Origin: an uncultured Bartonella sp.
GTDB lineage: Bacteria; Pseudomonadota; Alphaproteobacteria; Rhizobiales; Rhizobiaceae
Direction: 5' to 3'
Assembly (NCBI RefSeq): GCF_945277285.1
Contig: NZ_CALYPR010000002.1
Span: 69,214-133,213, forward strand
DNA length: 64,000 nt
This document shows positions 46,432 through 54,900 of this stretch, piece by piece. The translations under genes and the position numbers were made by a program. The stretch's first letter is position 1, and every line of letters begins with the position of its first letter. The notes under the pieces were generated by a model. The model made no database searches and was not told where the DNA came from. It saw nothing but the letters and a program-made list of their open reading frames with translations.

Positions 46432-47871
46432 TTATACGGCCTGCTTGGAGACAGGCTGGGCAGCTGTCAGTTCCTTTTCGTCAAAAGCCGTCAGCAGGTC
46501 ATAATGGTAATCGGCATCTTCACAGAATAATTCGCTGGTAATGCCATAAGCAAGCCTACGCACCCCGAATTTTAACGCTGAAATGCCTGCCGAGGCGGCA
46601 AGACTTGGCATACCGGCAAAGGTATAGCTGAAGATGCGCTTGAGATAGGGCGCTTCACCTTTGATCTTTTCGCAAAACTGGAAGTTCTCGCCCAAATAGG
46701 GGCAAGTGGCAATCACGCTGTTTTCCAAACCATGTGGCGGGGTGTAATGGTCGCCCCATGTTTCTATTTTGTCGGCAAAACGGGCAATTTCCGGCCGCGT
46801 TTTAAGATCAATGACAAGTCCGGTGCCGACAATGAGAAAATCGAAATGGTCACTTTCCTCTGGTGTTTTTAGCAAAATGCCTTTGTCATCCATGGCACAA
46901 TCAACAATCGGGCTTGCCAGTTTCAATTCATAATTGGCAAATTTTGTACAGCGCAAAAAGGAATCCTGTGTTGGCGGCTGGTTCATATCGAACAGATATT
47001 TCATGAAACGCCATTTCTGGTCGTCGGAAAGGTCGGCAAAATGGCGCAAAAATCCGCTATATTCCATAAAGCGGTAAGGATTGACAGAGGGCAGAATTGC
47101 GCGCCGGACAAAATGGGTTACCGATTTTGCCCCGTGTTCCAGCGCTGTGGCACTATTGTCAAAAGAAGAAGAGCCGCCGCCCACCACAGCAACGCGTTTT
47201 CCCTGCAATGCGTCAAAATCAATTGCCTCGGCAGTATGGGCGTAGACGCTTTTTGGTAAATTGTTCTTGAATATATCCGGCACAACCCATTGCCCGCTGC
47301 CCTCGATACCGGTAGCAAGCACGACAAGACGGGTGTAGATTTGTTGTTTGCTGCCGTCGCGAATGATATGAACGGCAAAAATATCGTCTTCCAGAGGTTC
47401 GATATCGCTCACAACAGTGCGGTTTGAAACCTCGATATTGGTGACTTTGCGCAACCAGTCGAGATATTCCGCCCATTGCAGGGTGGGAATTTTATAAAGT
47501 TCTTCCCATGACTTTGGGCCAAAACGCGCCTCCCACCAGGCACGAACGGTCAGGCTACCAATATCAAGATCGGGCCCTGTCACATATTTGGGGGTGCGCA
47601 ATGTGTGCATACGCGCATAATTTCGCCACGGGCCTTCAAAACCGGCTTCGTTCTTGTCAAGGATGGCAATATTGGTGACACTGTCGCGGCGCAAGTTCAA
47701 TGCCAGTGTCAAGCCGCTTTGCCCGCCGCCGATAATCACCACATCTTTTACCGTGTGGCCGTGATAATTTTTCGGTTTCACCCATGGGCGAGCCGGATAG
47801 TTCAAACACTCCAAATCATATTTTGCCTGTCTTTCGAGCTTGGCAAGATTCATATCTGCATTGGGTAGCAT
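46432..47871 (-). CDS. FAD/NAD(P)-binding two-dinucleotide-fold oxidoreductase; candidate HpyO-type urate hydroxylase
   Basis: 479 aa with two GxGxxG motifs (VVIIGGGQSG and VAVVGGGSSS). Divergent from puuE-allA-uraD-uraH, and no other urate-oxidising enzyme is in the cluster. The functional call is inference from context. Confidence 0.5.
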   Translation of the reverse strand: MLPNADMNLAKLERQAKYDLECLNYPARPWVKPKNYHGHTVKDVVIIGGGQSGLTLALNLRRDSVTNIAILDKNEAGFEGPWRNYARMHTLRTPKYVTGPDLDIGSLTVRAWWEARFGPKSWEELYKIPTLQWAEYLDWLRKVTNIEVSNRTVVSDIEPLEDDIFAVHIIRDGSKQQIYTRLVVLATGIEGSGQWVVPDIFKNNLPKSVYAHTAEAIDFDALQGKRVAVVGGGSSSFDNSATALEHGAKSVTHFVRRAILPSVNPYRFMEYSGFLRHFADLSDDQKWRFMKYLFDMNQPPTQDSFLRCTKFANYELKLASPIVDCAMDDKGILLKTPEESDHFDFLIVGTGLVIDLKTRPEIARFADKIETWGDHYTPPHGLENSVIATCPYLGENFQFCEKIKGEAPYLKRIFSYTFAGMPSLAASAGISALKFGVRRLAYGITSELFCEDADYHYDLLTAFDEKELTAAQPVSKQAV

Positions 47872-48039
47872 ATTTATTCCCCATCAAAGGCAAGACAAGG
47901 CGCAAGCTCCGGCTTGAAAAGAACCTTGTCTGCCGGTTAAAACGGGGATGATGTTTGATGACAGGGCCGACCCGATCGACCCGCAATACGCTTTATGCCG
48001 GTAAAATTTAAGCTAAAATATAAGGCATATTTTTGTCAA

Positions 48040-48054
48040 GCCTAAATTTTAGGC
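48040..48054. promoter_or_regulatory. perfect palindrome GCCTAAA-T-TTTAGGC in the divergent flavoprotein/puuE promoter region
   Basis: 7-bp perfect arms. The 12-mer GCCTAAATTTTA recurs at 46110-46121, where it is part of TTAGGC-N13-GCCTAA. Confidence 0.35.
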
Positions 48055-48447
48055 ATTTTTATTAAAAATCTGCCTTTTTTGTTGTGGTTTTACAGATATT
48101 ATTGTTAATTGCCCGCGCTGTTGGCTATTTCGCGCTGTTGGCGGTTTTTGGCGGGGCATGTGTTTGACGGTCATGCGTTTGCCGCGCTTTCAAGTGCCTT
48201 TCTATGTTTTTGTAGCGTTCTATAGGGCAAACCGGTCCGGTCTTCGCTTGCCTCGAGCTTCTGGCGCGCCGTCTTTACGAGGGGCGACGTTTTTTGCTGG
48301 CGTTTTTTACGGACGTTGCGTTTTTTGATAGGTTGGCCATGGTGTTTTTTAAAGAATGGTCTGAAGCATCGGCAATATCAGGAAACTGGCACATTTATTG
48401 CTTTGTCTATTTTCAAGCATCTTTATTTTGAAGAGATGAGGAAAAAT

Positions 48448-49383
48448 ATGGCTGAAGATTTCAAGAAAGAGTATCGCGGGCGTAATTTTTATGGCTACGG
48501 GGCAAATCCGCCGGACCCCGAGTGGCCGGACGGGGCAAAAATTGCCGTGCAGTTTGTTGTCAACTATGAAGAGGGCGGGGAAAGCAACATTCTTGATGGC
48601 GACAGTGCTTCTGAATATCTATTGTCGGAAATTGTCGGCGCAACCCCATGGCCCGGACAACGCAATCTCAATATTGAATCGCTCTATGAATATGGTGCGC
48701 GTGTCGGTTTTTGGCGGTTATGGCGGCTTTTTGGCGAACGGAATATGCCGGTTACGGCTTTTGCCGTGGCAAAGGCGTTAGAAAAAAATCCTGCTGCCGC
48801 AAAAGCTATGGTGGAGGCAGGGTGGGAAATAGCAACCCACGGCTTGCGCTGGCTTGAATACAAGGATGTTGACGAAGAAACCGAGCGTTTTCATATCGCC
48901 GAAGCCATACGCATCCAAAAGCAAGTAACAGGAAATCGGCCTTACGGCATTTATCAGGGCAAACCCTCGCTCAATACTCTGCGTCTGGTGATGGAAGAAG
49001 GCGGCTTCACCTATTCTTCGGACTCTTATGCCGACGAGCTTCCCTATTGGGTTGAAGGCATTGACAAACCGTTTCTCATCATTCCCTATACGCTTGATGT
49101 CAATGACATGCGTTTTGCCACCGCGCAGGGTTTTAATTGCGGCGACCAGTTTTTCACCTATCTGAAGGACAGTTTTGATGTGCTTTATGAAGAAGGTGAA
49201 AAAGGCAGGCCAAAAATGTTGTCTGTCGGCCTTCATTGCCGGCTTGTCGGCCACCCGGGACGCGCCAAAGCACTGGCACGGTTTCTTGATTATATTTTGC
49301 AGAAAAAATCGGTCTTTGTGGCGCGGCGTATTGATATTGCCCACCATTGGCAAAAGGTTCATCCGTTTAAAGCGGGGCAATAA
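48448..49383 (+). CDS. puuE: allantoinase PuuE (polysaccharide-deacetylase type)
   Basis: YRGRNFYGYGANPPDPEWPDGAKIAVQFVVNYEEGGE is the characteristic PuuE N-terminus. ATG 48448 (GAGGA upstream) is preferred over the long ORF start at 48316. Confidence 0.9.
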   Translation: MAEDFKKEYRGRNFYGYGANPPDPEWPDGAKIAVQFVVNYEEGGESNILDGDSASEYLLSEIVGATPWPGQRNLNIESLYEYGARVGFWRLWRLFGERNMPVTAFAVAKALEKNPAAAKAMVEAGWEIATHGLRWLEYKDVDEETERFHIAEAIRIQKQVTGNRPYGIYQGKPSLNTLRLVMEEGGFTYSSDSYADELPYWVEGIDKPFLIIPYTLDVNDMRFATAQGFNCGDQFFTYLKDSFDVLYEEGEKGRPKMLSVGLHCRLVGHPGRAKALARFLDYILQKKSVFVARRIDIAHHWQKVHPFKAGQ

Positions 49384-49385
49384 CC

Positions 49386-49922
49386 ATGGAAGAGCTTCCG
49401 GTTAAACTTATTAGCGAGGAAGAGTTTCTGCCCTTTGGCGAGGTGATTAAAGCCGAAGAAGGCTGTGGTTTTGCAATCAATAACGGGCGGGCAACACGAT
49501 ATTCAGACCTGGCCAAAGTCGAGGCAGAAGGAAAAGCAGCACGCGTCCTTGTCAATATTTTCCGCTCCCGCCCGATGAAATTTCCCTATCGCATCACCAT
49601 GATGGAACGCCACCCTTTTGGCTCACAAGCCTTTTTGCCTAGTAGTGACATGCCGTTTCTGGTTGTTGTGGCAAGAAATGACGGGCAAAAACCGGACGCC
49701 CCGCAAGCTTTTTATTGCCCACCGGGTGTCGGGGTCAATTATCATAAAAATATCTGGCATCACCCGTTGCTTGCGCTTTTTCAAACGAGTGATTTTTATG
49801 TCATTGATCGCGGTGGTGCAGAAAACAATCTCGAAGAATATTTTTATTCAAACCAATCGTGGCAAATCTCTCAACTACCAGATTTTGTTGAGAAAAATCA
49901 GTCTTTTGCCGGCAAAAAATGA
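49386..49922 (+). CDS. allA: ureidoglycolate lyase
   Basis: 178 aa, closely patterned on E. coli AllA (..FLPFGEVI.., ..ERHPFGSQAF.., ..GVNYHKNIWHHPL.., ..VIDRGG..). Confidence 0.9.
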   Translation: MEELPVKLISEEEFLPFGEVIKAEEGCGFAINNGRATRYSDLAKVEAEGKAARVLVNIFRSRPMKFPYRITMMERHPFGSQAFLPSSDMPFLVVVARNDGQKPDAPQAFYCPPGVGVNYHKNIWHHPLLALFQTSDFYVIDRGGAENNLEEYFYSNQSWQISQLPDFVEKNQSFAGKK

Positions 49923-50470
49923 AGGGAAAAACCGTGACCTTGGAAGAGCTCAATACCATTTCAAAACAGGATTTTATTGCTCGTCTGGCCACCATTTTCG
50001 AGCACTCGCCATGGGTTGGAAAAGCCGTGGTTGAACAAAGACCGTTTGAAAGTGAAAAAGCTCTTTTTCAGGCAATGGTGGCCGCCGTTAAAAGTGCATC
50101 GGAAGAACGAAAGCTCGCGCTTATTTGTGCTCACCCCGACCTTGCCGGTAAAGCGGCACGGCTAAAACAATTGACCGCGCAATCGCAGGCCGAGCAAAAA
50201 GGTGCGGGCCTTGACAGTTTAAGCGATGATGAATTTAAACAATTTCAGCAATTGAACGCGGCTTATCGGGCAAAGTTTTCTTTTCCATTTATCATTGCCG
50301 TTCGCGGGCATGGCGGCAAGGCGCATGACAAATATTCCATTCTTGCGGCGATGGCAAAACGGCTTGAAAATACTGTAGATGTTGAAAAAACAACAGCCCT
50401 TGCCGAAATCTACCGTATTGGCGAATTGCGCCTTGAAGACCTGTTTTTGATGGAGACGAAAAACCGATGA
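49919..50470 (+). CDS. uraD: 2-oxo-4-hydroxy-4-carboxy-5-ureidoimidazoline (OHCU) decarboxylase
   Basis: 183 aa with ..FEHSPWV.. and the AHPDLAGK motif. 4-nt overlaps with both neighbours. Confidence 0.85.
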   Translation: MKGKTVTLEELNTISKQDFIARLATIFEHSPWVGKAVVEQRPFESEKALFQAMVAAVKSASEERKLALICAHPDLAGKAARLKQLTAQSQAEQKGAGLDSLSDDEFKQFQQLNAAYRAKFSFPFIIAVRGHGGKAHDKYSILAAMAKRLENTVDVEKTTALAEIYRIGELRLEDLFLMETKNR

Positions 50471-50886
50471 CCGGCTTGACCACCCATGTTCTTGATACCA
50501 TCACCGGCAAGCCTGCTTGCGGTGTGAAAATCGAACTTTATGCCATTTTGCCAAACGGGCAATCGTCAGACGAAAAATCAAGTTCACATCCCTCTCGCAA
50601 AGCCGATGGAACAAATCTGCCGGTCAAAAGCCGGCTTTTGGTCACAACAACCAATCATGACGGCCGCACCGACCGGCCACTTATTGATGAAACAGCAATC
50701 TCGGCAGGCACGTACGAGATTCATTTTTTCACGGCCGATTATTTTGCAAAGCAGGGGGTAAAACTTGATGAACCACCATTTTTGGACGAAATCATCATCC
50801 GTTTTGCCATTGCCGATAGCAAGGCGCACTACCATGTGCCATTGCTGTTAAGCCCGTGGAGCTATTCTACCTATCGCGGCAGCTGA
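50467..50886 (+). CDS. uraH: 5-hydroxyisourate hydrolase (transthyretin-like)
   Basis: LTTHVLDTITGKPA N-terminus and the diagnostic C-terminal tetrapeptide YRGS. Carries an extra Ser/Lys-rich segment of about 20-25 aa after residue 28. Confidence 0.9.
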   Translation: MTGLTTHVLDTITGKPACGVKIELYAILPNGQSSDEKSSSHPSRKADGTNLPVKSRLLVTTTNHDGRTDRPLIDETAISAGTYEIHFFTADYFAKQGVKLDEPPFLDEIIIRFAIADSKAHYHVPLLLSPWSYSTYRGS

Positions 50887-51025
50887 GAAAAGCTTTAAAT
50901 GCATGAGCCGCCTTAAAACAGCTGATCAAAATGGTAATTTTTACCAGCGACAATTGTTATAAAACACAGTCCGTTGACGCTTCGAATAGACACAAAACGC
51001 TGTCTTGCTATTAAGGGAAATAAAG

Positions 51026-51102
51026 TGGCGCACCCGAAGAGATTCGAACTCCTGACCCCCAGATTCGTAGTCTGGTGCTCTATCCAGCTGAGCTACGGGT
51101 GC
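51026..51102 (-). tRNA. tRNA-Arg (anticodon ACG)
   Basis: Reverse complement GCACCCGTAGCTCAGCTGGATAGAGCACCAGACTACGAATCTGGGGGTCAGGAGTTCGAATCTCTTCGGGTGCGCCA. Cloverleaf with anticodon loop CTACGAA and an encoded CCA. Confidence 0.95.
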
Positions 51103-51628
51103 ACTCTATAAAACCGTCGCGCCGCATCATATCCACATTCGGATTTCAATAACCGGCTGACAAGCGGTTTCCTAATTGGTTCGCGAAAAAAATGCAAGAG
51201 AAGATTTTATTTTTTTAAATTTTGTTACAAGTTCCCCTGTTTCTTTTGCCAGAAAACGCCATCCGGTTTTGTAGAGCTTGTCAGGCAAGGGGGCTTTTTT
51301 TGCCAGTCAAACAGCAAAACTACGCAACCGGTTTTAGGCGTTTTGTCGATGAAACATTTTGGAAACATTTTGCCAAATAAAGTTTCCCCTCGCATGCTTT
51401 GCAATGGCTGGAAGTGTCTTGTGAAATGATTGGTCAACAAAAAAGTGGAAAGATAATGCCGAAAGTCAAAACGGCAAGAAAAGCAAAGGGATAAAGTAAA
51501 AGACAAAACGGGTAAACAAGGTGAAGGTTCAAAGCGGCAAGAAAGGCTTTAGATAAGCCGTATTAATGGTGCGGTGTCTGACCAAAGAACGGCAAGAACA
51601 ACAAGAATACAACGGGAAAGGTGACGGG

Positions 51629-51693
51629 CAACACAAGGCCGCAACACAAGGCCGCAAGGTAAGGCCGCAAGACAAACCCGCAAGGCAAAGCCA
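51629..51693. repeat. five tandem 13-bp units (CAACACAAGGCCG x2, CAAGGTAAGGCCG, CAAGACAAACCCG, CAAGGCAAAGCCA)
   Basis: Read directly. Embedded in a T-depleted (plus strand) non-coding tract at 51430-51780. Confidence 0.8.
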
Positions 51694-51780
51694 AAAGACA
51701 AAGGGGGCAGGCGGCAAAGACAGTCAAAACCGGTAGCAGCCAAAGGGTTAAAAAAACAACCTAAGCGGCAGATATGCCGG

Positions 51781-53295
51781 CTAGTTTTGTGTAGTGTCAC
51801 TGTTTTTGGTTCGCTCATCCGCTAAATTGTCCGCATCGGGCAGGCGGATTTCAAAATGAGCACCGGCTTTCTCGTCGTCAATCAGCTGGATTGTGCCACC
51901 ATGGGCGTGGATAAGTTCCTCACAAATGGTAAGCCCCAATCCCGAGCCGTTCTTTTTTGTCGAGCCGCGAAAGGGTGAAAACAGATGTTCCTTGGCTTTT
52001 GATAACAGCCCGGGGCCGGTGTCGACCACGTCGATAACGGTCGTATTGTCGATACGGTGGCCAGAAATTGTCAGTTTATTGGGTTTATCGCTTCCATCTT
52101 CTCTTTCCACCATGGCCTGAACGGCATTGCGGCAAAGATTGGTAATAACGCGGTGAAGCTGTTCGTCATCGGCATCCACCGTTAAATCCACCGGCACCGC
52201 ATTGGTAAATTCAACTTTATCGGAGCCGGGCAGGGTGAGTGATTCAAATACATCGTCAACCAGTTCATGCACCAGTAAATGCCGCCGTTTTGGTGCCGGT
52301 TCCTGTGTGCGCCCGTAAGTGATAACGGTTTGGCTATAGGTGACGGCGCGGTCAATGGCCTTGATGAGTTTCGGGGCAATTTTCTTGACCATCGGGTCTT
52401 TGGCATCGGTGAGATGGTCGGACATCAATTGCGCCGAAGCCAGAATGTTTCGCATGTCATGGTTGATTTTTGAAACAGCAAGGCCAAGATTGGCCAAATG
52501 CTTCTGGTGGGCATAGCTTTTTTGCAATTCGCTTTCGATGATCGAAATACGCTTTTGGGTAATGCCCAATTCGTCGCGGCGCGGCTCGGGCACCAGAATG
52601 CGGCTCGGATTATGGGGCTCGATCACAAAATCCAGCATATTGGTGTAGATATTCTGCAACGGGCGCACCAGCAGTTCATGCACAATGAGATAGATTGTTG
52701 TGGCTGCCACAATGGCAATGGTGAGCGAAATAACAATGAAATGCCACGAAAAATCCACCATGGCCTTTTGCAGTTTGGTATCGGCAACAGTCACTTCAAG
52801 GTAAATGCCGGTACCATCAATCGGCCCGCGCAACAACAGCGTTTTGTCACCACCGAAATAAAGTGTTGTCAAAGAATCCAGCAAGGCTTTGGTTTCGCTA
52901 TAGGAAGGAAGGTCGATCACCTCGTCGATTTTGCCGATATGTTCAAACGCGGCAAGATGATATTGCTGCTTGTCCTTGACAATGCTGATGGCCAGCGCAT
53001 CGGTAGCTGTGAGCACATTTTCTTGCAAATTGCGGCTCAAGATTATGTCGGGGCTTGCCGCCAGAACCATGCTGATGGCTTTGGCCGACTGGTGATGGTC
53101 TTCAAGCCAGCTTTGCTGCATGCTGGCAATCGACGGCATAAAAACCATAATTTCAGTAATAAAAACCGAAAGGGTAATGAGCAGCAAAAGCCGCACGCGC
53201 ATACGCCGATAGAAGGGGATATAGTCCTGTTCGCTATGAAGCGCCATCCCCGTCGACACCGGCATTTCCCCCTCAGTTATTTCTTCTTTAGCCAT
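51781..53295 (-). CDS. sensor histidine kinase (no cognate response regulator adjacent)
   Basis: 504 aa with two TM segments flanking a periplasmic domain. H-box SKINHDMRNILA, N-box ITNLCRNAVQAM, G1 VVDTGPGL and G2 GSGLGLTICEEL. Confidence 0.9.
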   Translation of the reverse strand: MAKEEITEGEMPVSTGMALHSEQDYIPFYRRMRVRLLLLITLSVFITEIMVFMPSIASMQQSWLEDHHQSAKAISMVLAASPDIILSRNLQENVLTATDALAISIVKDKQQYHLAAFEHIGKIDEVIDLPSYSETKALLDSLTTLYFGGDKTLLLRGPIDGTGIYLEVTVADTKLQKAMVDFSWHFIVISLTIAIVAATTIYLIVHELLVRPLQNIYTNMLDFVIEPHNPSRILVPEPRRDELGITQKRISIIESELQKSYAHQKHLANLGLAVSKINHDMRNILASAQLMSDHLTDAKDPMVKKIAPKLIKAIDRAVTYSQTVITYGRTQEPAPKRRHLLVHELVDDVFESLTLPGSDKVEFTNAVPVDLTVDADDEQLHRVITNLCRNAVQAMVEREDGSDKPNKLTISGHRIDNTTVIDVVDTGPGLLSKAKEHLFSPFRGSTKKNGSGLGLTICEELIHAHGGTIQLIDDEKAGAHFEIRLPDADNLADERTKNSDTTQN

Positions 53296-53580
53296 TCAAC
53301 CTCTATAGATGACAATTCTGCCGGTAGATATGTCAAATTAGTTTCAAGATATAAACTTCGCTTTTTTTACCAGTCTATTCAAAACCGTGCCCGAGAACAA
53401 ATATTTTTTATTTCATAATGATTGTTTAACACGAGGCTTTATTTATTACCGAAAATTAACTGGACTGGAAACAGAATGTTTCGCAAAAGTGCAATGTCGT
53501 TTATCGCTAATTGATGATTTTATTAAAGGCGCCTAAAACGCGTCTTTTTGATTATATCATCGTTTGATGAAAGCAATCCC

Positions 53581-54900
53581 ATGAAATATTCGTGGAAAAT
53601 AGCCATTCTTGTTGTTGTGGTCATCGTTATTGGACTGTTTGTCTTTCATGGTTTGAAAAGCAATCATTCGCCGGATAGTTCATCATCTTCATCCACCCCA
53701 AAGCGCAATGAAGTGGTTGTCGCAACGGTTGGCAAAAAACTGATCAACGACCGTCTGACAGCGATTGGAACGGGGCGGGCGCTTGCCACGGTTGCGGTGA
53801 CACCGTGGTCGAGCGGGGTTATGGACACGCTTTATGTGCATGCCGGCACCCATGTCAATGTCGGGGATAAGGTGGCAAAACTTGATTCCGACAATGAGGA
53901 AATTGCTGTCGAGCGCGCCAAAGTCGAAGTCAATGACGCGGAATTGACAATGGCCAGAACGGTCAAATTGCGCGCCACCAATACCGCAACAGAAGTGCAG
54001 GAATTATCGGCCAAACTTGCTCTCGACAAAGCCAAACTGGCACTTCGCGATGCCGAACTTGCCGCCGACCGGCGCATTATCCGCTCTCCTATCAGCGGCA
54101 TTGTCGGTATTTTACCGGTTGATGCGGGAAACTATGTCACCTCCGACACAACCATTGCCCGCATTGATAATCGCGATCGTATCCTGATTGATCTCTGGGT
54201 GCCGGAACGTTTTGCACCGCTCATTAAAATCGGGCAGGAAGTCAAAGCCACGTCGATTGTCCGTCCGGGTGAAGTGTTTATTGGCCAAATTTCAGCTATT
54301 GACAACATGGTTGACGAGCAAAGCCGCACCTTGCGCGTGCGCGCCGAAGTCGACAATAAACAGGGCTTATTGCAGTCGGGAATGTCGTTTTCAGTGACGC
54401 TCAATTTCCCCGGCGATCCTTATCCGGCAGTTGATCCGCTTGCCATCCAGTGGAACTCCGAAGGCGCTTATGTCTTTCGTGTAAAAGGCAAGAACGTTGA
54501 GCGCGTGCGCGTTGTCATTGTCGAACGCAATGCCAATTCTGTTCTGGTGACTGGTGACATCCACGAAGGTGAAAAAGTGGTCACGCAGGGTGTGCAGAAT
54601 TTGCAGGACAATAGTGCGGTCGATATTATGGCAGACACCACATCCCCTCTGGCACAAAAATCAATATCTGCCGACACAACGCAAAAGAGAGAGAGCAAAA
54701 ATGTCGGTTTGACAGAAAAAAATCCGGCAACATCCGGTGACGCGCCGGACTCTTCTTCTTTGTCTCAAAAAATGCCGGAAAAATCGCTCGAAACAAAAAG
54801 TCAGGAAAACCCGCCTGCAGCGGCTGATGGTGCAGGTGAAGCAGTGCAAAAAAATAGCACTGGTGCGGCAAATAATGTTTCCCAAAAGGCGGGACAATAA
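53581..54900 (+). CDS. RND efflux periplasmic adaptor (MFP) with long disordered C-terminal tail
   Basis: Membrane anchor WKIAILVVVVIVIGLFVF and HlyD/AcrA-like coiled-coil and barrel regions. The last 90 aa or so are low-complexity. ATG 53581 preferred over TTG 53548. Confidence 0.85.
   Translation: MKYSWKIAILVVVVIVIGLFVFHGLKSNHSPDSSSSSSTPKRNEVVVATVGKKLINDRLTAIGTGRALATVAVTPWSSGVMDTLYVHAGTHVNVGDKVAKLDSDNEEIAVERAKVEVNDAELTMARTVKLRATNTATEVQELSAKLALDKAKLALRDAELAADRRIIRSPISGIVGILPVDAGNYVTSDTTIARIDNRDRILIDLWVPERFAPLIKIGQEVKATSIVRPGEVFIGQISAIDNMVDEQSRTLRVRAEVDNKQGLLQSGMSFSVTLNFPGDPYPAVDPLAIQWNSEGAYVFRVKGKNVERVRVVIVERNANSVLVTGDIHEGEKVVTQGVQNLQDNSAVDIMADTTSPLAQKSISADTTQKRESKNVGLTEKNPATSGDAPDSSSLSQKMPEKSLETKSQENPPAAADGAGEAVQKNSTGAANNVSQKAGQ

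Noticed and set aside
52498-53418. 306-aa plus-strand ORF antisense to the histidine kinase
   Set aside because: The kinase frame carries H, N, G1 and G2 boxes; the antisense frame has none.
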